A stretch of DNA of 52,536 nucleotides. Origin: a virus. Its lineage: Duplodnaviria > Caudoviricetes. Where the stretch lies: the IMG/VR virus record IMGVR_UViG_3300047301_000210, positions 1-52,536 of that record. One strand, 5' to 3'. Under the pieces are notes generated by a model. It saw only the letters and a program-made list of their open reading frames with translations, made no database searches and was not told the DNA's origin. Shown in pieces: positions 9,186 to 18,255 of this stretch (positions are counted from its first letter, which is position 1; each line of letters starts with the position of its first letter). A program made the translations under genes and the position numbers.

Positions 9186-11051
9186 ATGGATAATCACAAC
9201 AAGTGGAGTTCTGCAAATTGGGAGCAGCCTGGAGAACCCAGTGGGAGACCCACACCTCTGGCGTCCCGGCCAGACGGTCGGACCGCCCCATATCGCCCAC
9301 CAAACTATGGCGGGATATCAGTTCCAGAAGTAACGAGAGGCCAGCGGCTGAGCGAAGCTGCGCTGTCAAGTGTTCCATTGGAGCGTAGGAGAGAAATTGA
9401 AAGCAGCCTGAGGGAAATGCAGGAGGGTGGATTCTCCAAGAGCGGAAACCGAGACATGTCGGTTGTCGCGTCAAGTGGTCAAAACAGCCTATTGAAGCAA
9501 GCCGCTGCTGCAGGTCTTGGTTCACAGCTTGCGATTGGTGGCGGAAGTAGCAACACGACCCACATGGGTCCAAATATCTATTCTCCGCTATTTTTAACGG
9601 CAAACCTTCAGCTACCCAGAGATAGGCCAACCGCCAATGCGTGGAACCGCGCATTTTACGAAACAAATCCAGTTGTTAGAAATGCTACAAATCTACATGC
9701 GACCTATCCAATAAGCAAACTTCGCATTAAGTGCCAAGACAAGCGGATTGAGCGTAAGTATCTAGAGATGGCTAAACAGGTTGATCTATTCAATGTCTGC
9801 CAGCAGATCGCCCTAGAGTACTGGATGATTGGCGAAGCGTTTCCATATGCAGAGTACGACTCCGCTAGAAATATGTGGGTAAAAATCTACTGCCACAATC
9901 CAGACTATATTGCAGTTCAGCGAACTGCCGACCCTGGTGTGACAAGAATCGCAGTCCGCCCAGATGAAAAGCTGCGCTCAATTGTTATTTCAAATGATCC
10001 CGCTCATGCCGAGTATCGTAGCCGACTAGATCCAGTTCTGGCTGACGCCATTGCGCGAAACGAATACATCCCACTTGACAACTTCAATGTATCACATCTA
10101 AAGAATGAAAGCACCGCCTACAACACGCATGGCTCTTCAATTATTGTTTCAGTCTGGAAAGACTTAGTTCTTTACGACCTGTTCCGCGAAAACAAGTTCA
10201 TTCAAGCTGATGCAATGGTGAATCCAGTAACTCTTATCAAGGTTGGTGCCTCAAATGCAGAAGGACACTACCCACGCCAAGAAGAGCTGAATGGAATGCG
10301 TGACGTATGGGAACAGGCGCAGTTCGATAAGGACTTCAAAATCTTTACGCACCCCGATGTTGCGGTAGAAAAAATTGGATCCGGTGGTTCCGTTATGGAC
10401 ATCTCTGGCGACATGAATTTCATTCTAGACAATCTGTTTATTGGATTAATGGTTCCACGTTCGATCATAACGCAGGATGGTGGTTCGTACGCCCAAGCTT
10501 CAGTGGCACTTGACGTAATCAAACAGCGCTATGAGAATTTTCGGACAAAGATCTCCAACTGGCTAATTGACAAAATCTTTGCGCCAATGGCAGAGGCAAA
10601 TGAATTCTATGAGACGATTGACGGAGAAAAGCACCTAGTGCTTCCCGATATCGAGTGGAATCAAATGACGCTCTATGATGTTGACGCATATATTGGTCAC
10701 CTTAAAGAGTTGATTGGTCAGACTGGCGGGACAGATCCCAAGGGCGTTTCTTTCACGACATTGTACAGAAGCCTCGGCTTAGATTTCAAAGATGAAATGG
10801 CAAATCAGCGTCGAGAGGCAATTCAACTTGCAATTCTCAAAAAAGAGATGGAGCAAATTCAGGCCATGAGTTTGTCAGAGCTACGAACGCTGGATCCTGA
10901 GGCTCCAATTATCGAGAAAGAGGGAGAACTGCCTGTTGGTCCAGGCGTCTCAGCCGCTCCTGATGATGGAGGCGGTATGCCAGGTATGTCTGGCCCAGCC
11001 GACATGGGACCAATGCCAGGAGGCGCAGAGCCACCGTTACCACCAGTGTGA
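9186..11051 (+). CDS. portal protein
   Basis: 621 aa, directly after TerL. Portal-like segments FYETNPVVRNA, YWMIGEAF and GLMVP..I...GGSYA, plus a Pro/Gly-rich C-terminal tail. Confidence 0.85.
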   Translation: MDNHNKWSSANWEQPGEPSGRPTPLASRPDGRTAPYRPPNYGGISVPEVTRGQRLSEAALSSVPLERRREIESSLREMQEGGFSKSGNRDMSVVASSGQNSLLKQAAAAGLGSQLAIGGGSSNTTHMGPNIYSPLFLTANLQLPRDRPTANAWNRAFYETNPVVRNATNLHATYPISKLRIKCQDKRIERKYLEMAKQVDLFNVCQQIALEYWMIGEAFPYAEYDSARNMWVKIYCHNPDYIAVQRTADPGVTRIAVRPDEKLRSIVISNDPAHAEYRSRLDPVLADAIARNEYIPLDNFNVSHLKNESTAYNTHGSSIIVSVWKDLVLYDLFRENKFIQADAMVNPVTLIKVGASNAEGHYPRQEELNGMRDVWEQAQFDKDFKIFTHPDVAVEKIGSGGSVMDISGDMNFILDNLFIGLMVPRSIITQDGGSYAQASVALDVIKQRYENFRTKISNWLIDKIFAPMAEANEFYETIDGEKHLVLPDIEWNQMTLYDVDAYIGHLKELIGQTGGTDPKGVSFTTLYRSLGLDFKDEMANQRREAIQLAILKKEMEQIQAMSLSELRTLDPEAPIIEKEGELPVGPGVSAAPDDGGGMPGMSGPADMGPMPGGAEPPLPPV

Positions 11052-11054
11052 TTG

Positions 11055-11474
11055 ATGTCATTCAAAACTGACCTAGCACTTGCAAAGAAAGGAGATAGCG
11101 CCGCACTCAAAAAGATGCAGGCGCATGTTTCTTTTTGTATTCGAGAAAAGAACCTAGACGGGCTCCTTTTCATGAAGTTTTCAAAAGTAAAAGAACTATC
11201 TGCACAGATAGATGCTGGAGTCAACAAGGTCCAGTCTGAAAAGGCTGCCAAGGCGAAAGAAATTAAGAGACTAAAACAGGTTTTGACGGCAGGGCTAAAT
11301 CAATGTGACTTCCTTTTGAATCAAAATGACAAAAGAACCTTGCCATCAGCGGCCCTCATATTAAAACAATTGCTTGAAGTAAGATACTTATTACCTTCCG
11401 ATCAGGAAGTCTACAATCTTGACGCACGCCGGATTAGTTTATTGGCGAAAGCACAAAAAATGGGAACCGCATGA
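11055..11474 (+). CDS. hypothetical basic helical protein
   Basis: ORF between portal and the M23 gene; ATGA overlap with the next gene. Confidence 0.7.
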   Translation: MSFKTDLALAKKGDSAALKKMQAHVSFCIREKNLDGLLFMKFSKVKELSAQIDAGVNKVQSEKAAKAKEIKRLKQVLTAGLNQCDFLLNQNDKRTLPSAALILKQLLEVRYLLPSDQEVYNLDARRISLLAKAQKMGTA

Positions 11475-12064
11475 GTGCATTTGATGATTTCAAGAAAGAC
11501 ATACTCGGAATTTTGTTAAGCAAACGAACTCCGACCGAGCTATATGAGCAAGGGACCCCTGGCCCATCGCAGAGTCAGACTACAAGCCAGACTCCGGGTC
11601 AGGCAGGCGCAGGTGCAGCTCAAATGAGCGGAGACCCTCACGATAAAGCCGTAATCACATCTGACATGGGATTGAGAACTGACCCAGTCACTGGAAAGCA
11701 GCACGCAGGACACGGCGGAGTAGATATAGCAGGGCTCCCTGCTGGAGCAACTGCGCATGCGATAGAAAATGGAACAATTAGTTTTGCTGGAACGCAAGGC
11801 GGATATGGAAATCTGGTAGTTCTTTCATATACTGACGCAGCTGGTAATGCGCACGACATTTATTACGGTCATCTTGCATCGCTCGCAGTAAAAGTAGGGG
11901 AGAGCGTGCAAAAAGGACAAGTCGTTGGAGTGGTTGGAACAACTGGCAAATCAACTGGGGTACATTTGCATCTTGAGCACCGAATAAACAAAGTAAAGCA
12001 CCGAGCTGCTGACTTTGAAATTCAGACCGCTGTCAATACCAAGTCTCTTGTGAGGGACAAGTGA
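11471..12064 (+). CDS. M23-family metallopeptidase (peptidoglycan endopeptidase-like)
   Basis: HGGVD (HxxxD), GYGNLVV, YYGHL and STGVHLHLE (HxH) motifs. Confidence 0.9.
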   Translation: MSAFDDFKKDILGILLSKRTPTELYEQGTPGPSQSQTTSQTPGQAGAGAAQMSGDPHDKAVITSDMGLRTDPVTGKQHAGHGGVDIAGLPAGATAHAIENGTISFAGTQGGYGNLVVLSYTDAAGNAHDIYYGHLASLAVKVGESVQKGQVVGVVGTTGKSTGVHLHLEHRINKVKHRAADFEIQTAVNTKSLVRDK

Positions 12065-13188
12065 TGCCTGGAAAGCTAACAAAAGAAGAAGAGATCCTCT
12101 GGCGCAAAGCCAAGAAAACCGTCCTAAAGGGAAAGAAGCCAAAGAAAAAAGATTGGCCTCTGATAATGCACGTTTTTACGCAAATGAAAAATGCTTCCTC
12201 GATAAGAGTCGAGCCCTATGAACAAATAATCGAAGACGGAGTCAAGCTTGTTGAAAAAGTGTATGGCTCCGGGTTTTTCTCTGGAATAAACGAGATAATT
12301 GTAGAGCACAATATGGGTCATCACTATGGCCGTGTTTTTGCAGATAGGACCGACAAGATTTACGTATCTGGGGACCGAATCAAATCGGAGTTCTCTTCGG
12401 ACCACTTTCAGCAGGTATTTCAGATCGGAAGTACACTCGTTCATGAAATGGCTCATATAAAAGACAAAATGCAAAACGGAGAAGCTCCCGCCGTCGCAGC
12501 AGAAGGACGTTTCGTGACAGATCTTCAAAATAAAACAAAATCGACACCTGACTTCATTAAAGAATTCTCAAAGCAGGCTTCACTAGTTGTGACCGCTAAG
12601 CCCGAAGACTCTGGTGTAGGCGCTGACGGCGCCAGAGTTTATGTAACGACTGTCGCAAGAATAATCTTTCGCAAGACAAATCCAGAATGGGCTCATGTTC
12701 CAAATAGCTTTCTCAATCCAGTCATTGCTGCGAAGTTTGCAGAGTTGCCTGTTGTCAAGCAGTTCAAGGCAAAAGAGAGTTCTGCAACTGGAGAAATTCG
12801 AGGCGATAAGCAAAACCGAATAACTGCAATCAGAAAAGGTTCAATCATAGCGATTGTCGCAGTAAAAGGTGCGTTCAAAATCCGATCTCCAGCTAAGACA
12901 GCAGGCAGAGACGATGACCTTAGAGCCCAGCGGGGCTGGATGGAAGATCATTTTTTTGATTTGTTCGTTGGTCAATTGGCACTAGATGATCGATCAAGTG
13001 AATTTCTAAAGGACTATATTGATGGTGGAATTGGCATGGAGACTCTTATGAAAATGAGTCCAGACCAAGCTAGTCAAATGGCCCGCGCCGTCCTTTCTGA
13101 GGATCAACATACACAAATGAGTAGAGATCCAGGTTGGCAGTCGGGAGCCATGGGGTCGACTAGCTTGCCCGTTTCCTTTTCTTACTAA
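12061..13188 (+). CDS. multi-domain protein with HExxH zincin-like metallopeptidase domain
   Basis: LVHEMAH...GEAPA motif. A basic N-terminal domain and a C-terminal domain are separated from it by KNAS and KQAS. Confidence 0.7.
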   Translation: MMPGKLTKEEEILWRKAKKTVLKGKKPKKKDWPLIMHVFTQMKNASSIRVEPYEQIIEDGVKLVEKVYGSGFFSGINEIIVEHNMGHHYGRVFADRTDKIYVSGDRIKSEFSSDHFQQVFQIGSTLVHEMAHIKDKMQNGEAPAVAAEGRFVTDLQNKTKSTPDFIKEFSKQASLVVTAKPEDSGVGADGARVYVTTVARIIFRKTNPEWAHVPNSFLNPVIAAKFAELPVVKQFKAKESSATGEIRGDKQNRITAIRKGSIIAIVAVKGAFKIRSPAKTAGRDDDLRAQRGWMEDHFFDLFVGQLALDDRSSEFLKDYIDGGIGMETLMKMSPDQASQMARAVLSEDQHTQMSRDPGWQSGAMGSTSLPVSFSY

Positions 13189-13207
13189 TTTCACAGCGTT
13201 TACTCAC

Positions 13208-13768
13208 ATGGAACTTAAGAAATCATCCGCACAATTTGCAGTAGAGGTTTCCGAGGCTGAAAAGACTCGGGCCACGCATTTGCGAGAGAAACTTGATGAT
13301 TTGGCCAAGTACATTATCGAATTTCAGGAATTCTTTGAGGCTTTCTTCAAGTCTCTTGATGCGATAACCGACAGCAAGCAACTTGCTTCAATCGGGAGTC
13401 TTGTTGTCCGCTATAAGTTTAAACTTCGAGAAAAATTCAACAACTGCGTAAAGGCACTCTCACTTGTTGTCGTTGCAAATAGAGAACTGTTTAAGGAATC
13501 GAAGACCGACAGCATCAGAGATGTGATTATTGCGCATTTCTCAGAGTCCAGACTCGATTTCATTGAGCTTATGGGCCTATTGTCAGACTACACTGCCGAT
13601 GACTTCATTGAAAACGGTAAAGAGATGTACGATCAAATCAATAAAACAATGGAAAAGGTATTGAGTGCTGTTCAAGAAGAATGGATTGCTCATATAGACA
13701 AAAACATCCTAGGAAAGATTAAACTTTCAAGTAAAACGCTTCCTCTTGTAAGAATTGGTGAATTATGA
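13208..13768 (+). CDS. hypothetical helical-bundle protein
   Basis: 186 aa amphipathic helical ORF upstream of the prohead protease. Confidence 0.8.
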   Translation: MELKKSSAQFAVEVSEAEKTRATHLREKLDDLAKYIIEFQEFFEAFFKSLDAITDSKQLASIGSLVVRYKFKLREKFNNCVKALSLVVVANRELFKESKTDSIRDVIIAHFSESRLDFIELMGLLSDYTADDFIENGKEMYDQINKTMEKVLSAVQEEWIAHIDKNILGKIKLSSKTLPLVRIGEL

Positions 13769-13914
13769 TAATCAAGTATGGTACGCCAGGCCCCGCTGAG
13801 ATAGTTGAGGCCAAAAACATTCCTGCTTGGCTTAAGCCAGCAGATAAAGAAAAAGCCAAAGAGGCAAAGGCCGAAGAGAGCGAAGAGCAAGCTTCCGATG
13901 AGGACTCAGAATGA
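13765..13914 (+). CDS. small protein (49 aa) missing from the ORF track
   Basis: MIIKYGTPGPAEIVEAKNIPAWLKPADKEKAKEAKAEESEEQASDEDSE; ATGA overlaps with both flanking genes. Confidence 0.75.
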   Translation: MIIKYGTPGPAEIVEAKNIPAWLKPADKEKAKEAKAEESEEQASDEDSE

Positions 13915-16900
13915 TTACGAAGCATGCAAATGTTGAAGGAATTTCCTTCGGCCACCTGCAGCCATCAGCAATAACTGAACAGCCTGGAATCCAGGCTAGG
14001 TTCGTTTCTGTGACTGCTGCGCTCCGAGAGGAGCAACGCAAAACCGCCAGTAGCAAAGAGCTATCTGAAAAGGTAGATGATTTTCTTTATGCCTCATGCA
14101 TCATGATGCATGCTGCGGAATCCGCTTTGATAAATCAAGAGACGGGAGAACCCGTGCTTACCCGTGTTGGTGAGCCAGTAAAAGGATGGTTCGAACAATA
14201 CAAGAATGCAAGTGGTCGCGAAACAGTTCGGTGGGTTTCTCCAGATGGCATCAAGCCATATCGGAATGGAAACTTAGATATATTTCCTGAGTCTGAACTT
14301 GTGTCGGCTCACAAAGAGTGGATTGGCAAGCCGCTTTGCAAAGATCACGTATCAAATACGATTGACGGCATTCGTGGCGTGATTGTTGACACCTATTATG
14401 ATCCAAAGTTTAAGCGCGTTCATGCGCTATTTGCTCTGGATCGGAAGAACTATCCTGAGCTTGCCCGTAAGGTTGAGGCCGGATACGCCACCAACGTAAG
14501 CATGGGAACTGGCGTAGGTCGGTCTGTCTGTGCAGAATGCCAAAATGTCGCGACTGCTGCGAATGAGTTCTGCAATCACGTTCGGTCCCGGACGCACTAC
14601 GGAGAGATCAACCTGGATCTCAATCCAATCGAATTAAGCATTGTTGTCACCGGCGCAGATCCTCTTGCCAAGATTCGCAAGATTGTTGCTAGCCTCAACA
14701 CCTATCAGTCTCAGGTCTCTGCGCTCAAGAAGATCAAGGGTGCTCCTCTTGAGGCGCTTGCCGCCATTGAAGATGACATCACCTCTACGATTGAGAAAAC
14801 AGAGCCAGCCAGTGAAGTTGCGGCACAGATTCTTGATAAAGTCAAAGATCTTTCTATCTACGACAATAGTGATCGTATGGAAGGCCGAACAAAACTAATC
14901 GGCGAGATCTCTGCATCCATCAAAGAAAGAAATGATGCACTTTCTATTCTTGATAAGAATGACCTGAGGGAAACTGTTAACGCATTGCGCTATCATGGCG
15001 CAGAAAAAGAAGTAGTGAATATACTACAAGAAGAATTTGATCGCCGCATCTCTGGCGTCAGCCCTGTTTCAGCAACTACTAGTGATGGTACGCCTGATTC
15101 CAGCATGAGCACCCTCAATACATCTATTGCCCCTCAGTCAAATTCTGAAGACCTCCATCTGGAATCGCCAACGCCTTTCAGCGAGCGCATGCCTGGTTTG
15201 CAGATGATGGCTAGCATCATGCCTATAAATGATGAAAAAGTTCTCTTAAAGCTAGAAAAAGATGTCGAGAGTCTCTCAAACAGGCTCGCTTCTATCAAAA
15301 ACAATTGGAATAATTTGAATTCAAGTCTCCCGAAAACTTTGGTGGGAGCGGACACAGGAGATTGTATGTCGTTTGGTGAAATTAGTAAGCGCAGTGCAAT
15401 GCGTCGCAAAGCCTACCTCCTTGGAACTGAAGAGCCAAAGGAATACCCCCAGATGGGAGATCAAGAAAAGCTACGTATGCAAGATAAGCATATGGTTGGC
15501 GACGAGCTTGATACAAAGGTCGACAATCCCGACCAGAAGGTGAAGGAAATGCTTCACCGTGCCGAATTGAGTGAGCGTCGCGCCAAGCGTGCAGCCGCCC
15601 TGCAGTCATTAGCTGCCGATGGTTCCGCTCTAAAGGATAGCGCCGGTAAGACTGTCGCGGTTGTAGACAGTGTCGGCAAGGTCGTCAAGGTTGACGGCAA
15701 CAAGTTGAAGGGGCCGATGGCCGCCGATGATGGCAAAGCCGAAGCCGAGGAAGACCTAAAGGAGGCCAAGGCCGCCATGATCGACCAACTAAACATCCTG
15801 CGTGAAGCAGCCAAGAAGAAGACCCTGATGAAGGGCCTTTCACCCAAAGACAAGAAGGCGAAAGAGAAAGAGGACTTCCTCAAGAAGATGAAGGACTCGA
15901 AGTCTAAGGGCAAAAAGGATGAAAAAGATATGAAGGACTCCAAGCCAAAGAAGAAGGCCTATCTACTCGGGACTGAAGAGCCCCATGAATATCCTCTCAT
16001 GGGAGACCAAGAGAAGCTGCGCATGCAGGATAAGCACATGGTTGGCGACGAGCTTGATACCAAGGCTGAAAATCCTGACCAGAAGCTAAAGGAAATGCTG
16101 CACCGGGCTCGCCTGAGTGCCGTGCTAACCAAGTCCGCTCAAGTCGCCAATTCAAAGTGGACTCTTCTTGCTGATGGCAAGCCCGTCTTCACTGTGACGG
16201 CTGGTCGCGCCTACAACAAGTATCTTGGTGAGGACAGCGATGTTCCTGGCAAGACCTGGGGCGAACTGTTCCAGACCCGCGAATATGGTCGCAAGCTACT
16301 TGCCGAAGCCAAAGCCGGCAATCTCGGCAAGATTGCTGAAGAGCTCGATAAGGCCGCGCCCGTCGCCGCTCCTGAGCTTGGTCCTGAGATGCCCGAGGAG
16401 CTCGCTCCTGAGGCTGACAAGGCTGCTCCAATGCCAATGACCGATGCAGTCCCCACTTCTGATGCGGCCCTTAAGGATCGCGTAATGAGCGCTCTTGAAA
16501 AGGTCGAGGAAGTTGTTGCTGATCTTCGCAGCGCCGTAATGGGCGACGAAGAGGGCGTCGACAATGTCGATGTCGATATGCAGGCCACCGCTTCGCTTGA
16601 TCGTGGTATGTTCGAGGCTCAGGCTTCACTACTTGCCATTGCCAGCGAACTCCGCTACCTCTCTGAGGAAGCTGATCTGACCGACTCAGACGTTCGTCTA
16701 GCCGCTCGCGCTGCTGTCCGTGACGCCCGCCTCGCTCAGATTGAAGCGATGGAGCGCATTGCTGAATACGAAGAGGCTAAAGAGGATGATTGTGGCGACA
16801 TGATGCTTGATGACGGCGATCTTAAGGAAGTTCGCGACGAAGTTGAAGGCGCAATCGATGGGCACGAGAAGGGTGTTCACGAAGAGATTAGCGAAGAGCT

Positions 16901-17762
16901 TGGCGAAATCGAGGAAAAGGTTGAAGACCTTGCCGAAGACGAGGCCGAACTTCAAGAGGCTCTGGAAGCCCTCCGCCAGGAACTTGAGGAGCTTGAGCAC
17001 TCAGAGAAGGAAGACGACGCTAAGGACGGAGCCGCTCCTGCTGCCCCCGTTGCTGACGCCGCCGATGCCGCCCTGGCTGCTCGCGCCGAAATGCGCAAGA
17101 AGATGATTCAGCGCGCTGCTTCTGCTGACTCACTAATCAGCAAGAATACTCTGCTTGAGAGCGCCCACAAAGGCGAGAACCGTACTGTTGACGTTGGCAC
17201 CGCTGTCAGCGACAAGCTGAACGTTGTTCACGACAACATCGACACCCAAGAGAAGGCTCTTGCTGCTGTCAAGGTTGCTGCTGCTGGTATTGCCACTGCA
17301 GTTCGCCAGGGCAAGCTGCGCGACTCTGACCTCGATGGTCTCGCCGCTGTCGCCGCAGTAGATGCCGAAGCCGTCAAGTATTTCCGCGAATACTACGGCA
17401 AAGTTGACAGCACTTTTGCAAAAGAGATGTCTGAAGACTTTAAGAAGCAGGCCAGCGAAGACACGATTGGTGTCCGCTACAGCCGCGCCTATAACCTGGC
17501 TCTAGAAGCTCAGGGTAAGGGTTTCATCAGTGTTGGTCGGCAGGCCTTGGATCAGTTCGCTGAATCCCTGGTCGGCAGCAGCGACTCAAACTTTGAAGCC
17601 ACGAAGCGGATTGTTGCTCAGCTGAAGAGCCCTGTCGTGAAAACGGCCGGCATGCCTCAGATGGGTGTGGTTGACGAGACTAGCTCCGGCGAAGTCAAGG
17701 TTGCCTCACAGTCCGTCAATGTACGCGACCCAGTCCAACTCGGCAAGGCCCTGTTCGGCTGA
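13911..17762 (+). CDS. prohead (capsid maturation) protease fused to scaffold-like region
   Basis: N-domain NGNLDIF...GKPLCKDH (His)...RGVIVD...VSMG (Ser)...CxxC...CxH...ELSIV..GADP. The C-terminal ~800 aa are acidic/basic coiled coil. Confidence 0.85.
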   Translation: MITKHANVEGISFGHLQPSAITEQPGIQARFVSVTAALREEQRKTASSKELSEKVDDFLYASCIMMHAAESALINQETGEPVLTRVGEPVKGWFEQYKNASGRETVRWVSPDGIKPYRNGNLDIFPESELVSAHKEWIGKPLCKDHVSNTIDGIRGVIVDTYYDPKFKRVHALFALDRKNYPELARKVEAGYATNVSMGTGVGRSVCAECQNVATAANEFCNHVRSRTHYGEINLDLNPIELSIVVTGADPLAKIRKIVASLNTYQSQVSALKKIKGAPLEALAAIEDDITSTIEKTEPASEVAAQILDKVKDLSIYDNSDRMEGRTKLIGEISASIKERNDALSILDKNDLRETVNALRYHGAEKEVVNILQEEFDRRISGVSPVSATTSDGTPDSSMSTLNTSIAPQSNSEDLHLESPTPFSERMPGLQMMASIMPINDEKVLLKLEKDVESLSNRLASIKNNWNNLNSSLPKTLVGADTGDCMSFGEISKRSAMRRKAYLLGTEEPKEYPQMGDQEKLRMQDKHMVGDELDTKVDNPDQKVKEMLHRAELSERRAKRAAALQSLAADGSALKDSAGKTVAVVDSVGKVVKVDGNKLKGPMAADDGKAEAEEDLKEAKAAMIDQLNILREAAKKKTLMKGLSPKDKKAKEKEDFLKKMKDSKSKGKKDEKDMKDSKPKKKAYLLGTEEPHEYPLMGDQEKLRMQDKHMVGDELDTKAENPDQKLKEMLHRARLSAVLTKSAQVANSKWTLLADGKPVFTVTAGRAYNKYLGEDSDVPGKTWGELFQTREYGRKLLAEAKAGNLGKIAEELDKAAPVAAPELGPEMPEELAPEADKAAPMPMTDAVPTSDAALKDRVMSALEKVEEVVADLRSAVMGDEEGVDNVDVDMQATASLDRGMFEAQASLLAIASELRYLSEEADLTDSDVRLAARAAVRDARLAQIEAMERIAEYEEAKEDDCGDMMLDDGDLKEVRDEVEGAIDGHEKGVHEEISEELGEIEEKVEDLAEDEAELQEALEALRQELEELEHSEKEDDAKDGAAPAAPVADAADAALAARAEMRKKMIQRAASADSLISKNTLLESAHKGENRTVDVGTAVSDKLNVVHDNIDTQEKALAAVKVAAAGIATAVRQGKLRDSDLDGLAAVAAVDAEAVKYFREYYGKVDSTFAKEMSEDFKKQASEDTIGVRYSRAYNLALEAQGKGFISVGRQALDQFAESLVGSSDSNFEATKRIVAQLKSPVVKTAGMPQMGVVDETSSGEVKVASQSVNVRDPVQLGKALFG
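15366..17762 (+). CDS. nested in-frame scaffold/core protein (internal start)
   Basis: AGGAG at 15356-15360, 5 nt before an in-frame ATG (MSFGEISKR). Codon usage shifts to GCC/AAG/GAG/CGC downstream. Confidence 0.65.
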   Translation: MSFGEISKRSAMRRKAYLLGTEEPKEYPQMGDQEKLRMQDKHMVGDELDTKVDNPDQKVKEMLHRAELSERRAKRAAALQSLAADGSALKDSAGKTVAVVDSVGKVVKVDGNKLKGPMAADDGKAEAEEDLKEAKAAMIDQLNILREAAKKKTLMKGLSPKDKKAKEKEDFLKKMKDSKSKGKKDEKDMKDSKPKKKAYLLGTEEPHEYPLMGDQEKLRMQDKHMVGDELDTKAENPDQKLKEMLHRARLSAVLTKSAQVANSKWTLLADGKPVFTVTAGRAYNKYLGEDSDVPGKTWGELFQTREYGRKLLAEAKAGNLGKIAEELDKAAPVAAPELGPEMPEELAPEADKAAPMPMTDAVPTSDAALKDRVMSALEKVEEVVADLRSAVMGDEEGVDNVDVDMQATASLDRGMFEAQASLLAIASELRYLSEEADLTDSDVRLAARAAVRDARLAQIEAMERIAEYEEAKEDDCGDMMLDDGDLKEVRDEVEGAIDGHEKGVHEEISEELGEIEEKVEDLAEDEAELQEALEALRQELEELEHSEKEDDAKDGAAPAAPVADAADAALAARAEMRKKMIQRAASADSLISKNTLLESAHKGENRTVDVGTAVSDKLNVVHDNIDTQEKALAAVKVAAAGIATAVRQGKLRDSDLDGLAAVAAVDAEAVKYFREYYGKVDSTFAKEMSEDFKKQASEDTIGVRYSRAYNLALEAQGKGFISVGRQALDQFAESLVGSSDSNFEATKRIVAQLKSPVVKTAGMPQMGVVDETSSGEVKVASQSVNVRDPVQLGKALFG
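15408..16109 (+). repeat. two copies of a 52-aa module (15408-15563 and 15954-16109)
   Basis: KAYLLGTEEPxEYPxMGDQEKLRMQDKHMVGDELDTKxxNPDQKxKEMLHRA; 47/52 aa identical, offset 546 nt. Confidence 0.95.
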
Positions 17763-17786
17763 ATAGAATGAAAATTCTAAAAGAGG

Positions 17787-17812
17787 GGGCGCTTCGGCGC
17801 CCTTTTCTTTTT
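17787..17812 (+). terminator. intrinsic terminator
   Basis: GGGCGC-TTCG-GCGCCC (cUUCGg tetraloop) followed by TTTTCTTTTT, after the protease/scaffold gene. Confidence 0.9.
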
Positions 17813-17926
17813 CTAATCAATAAGTTCGCGATAGAGTAGTGTTTTATTTGGAGTGTTGCAGAGGTGTAATACAAAGGAGGTTTGTTCTGCTGTAGAAATT
17901 GCTAGTAAATCATCGAGGAGCCCCTG

Positions 17927-18076
17927 ATGTTTATTGATGTAGAACAACTTGAAGTACAGGTCGAAATAGCCGAGCTTCAAAAGCTTGGACTGAGTGAAGA
18001 AGAAATTCACGGATACCTAGAGACTTTTTGGATATGGAAATTCGACAAGAAAGAGGATAAGTATGGAATACAATGA
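17927..18076 (+). CDS. small protein (49 aa) missing from the ORF track
   Basis: GAGGAG RBS 6 nt before ATG; MFIDVEQLEVQVEIAELQKLGLSEEEIHGYLETFWIWKFDKKEDKYGIQ. Confidence 0.7.
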   Translation: MFIDVEQLEVQVEIAELQKLGLSEEEIHGYLETFWIWKFDKKEDKYGIQ

Positions 18077-18254
18077 CGACATTGCAAATGACATGCTTCG
18101 GTATGTGCAGGAGTCCGCTCCGCAGACTGAACATTTTTCAAATATTGCAACCAGTTTAGCTGAGACAGCAGCAGAATTTGACCTTTCGGGTTCTCCGCTC
18201 AGTGGAGATGTTGATCGCGTTCTCTCTGAAATCGTCCAAGTTATTGGAGGCTGA
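18063..18254 (+). CDS. small protein largely made of the shared helical module
   Basis: GAGG RBS, 63 aa; contains LAETAAEFDLSGSPLSGDVDRVL. Confidence 0.75.
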   Translation: MEYNDDIANDMLRYVQESAPQTEHFSNIATSLAETAAEFDLSGSPLSGDVDRVLSEIVQVIGG

Positions 18255-18255
18255 A

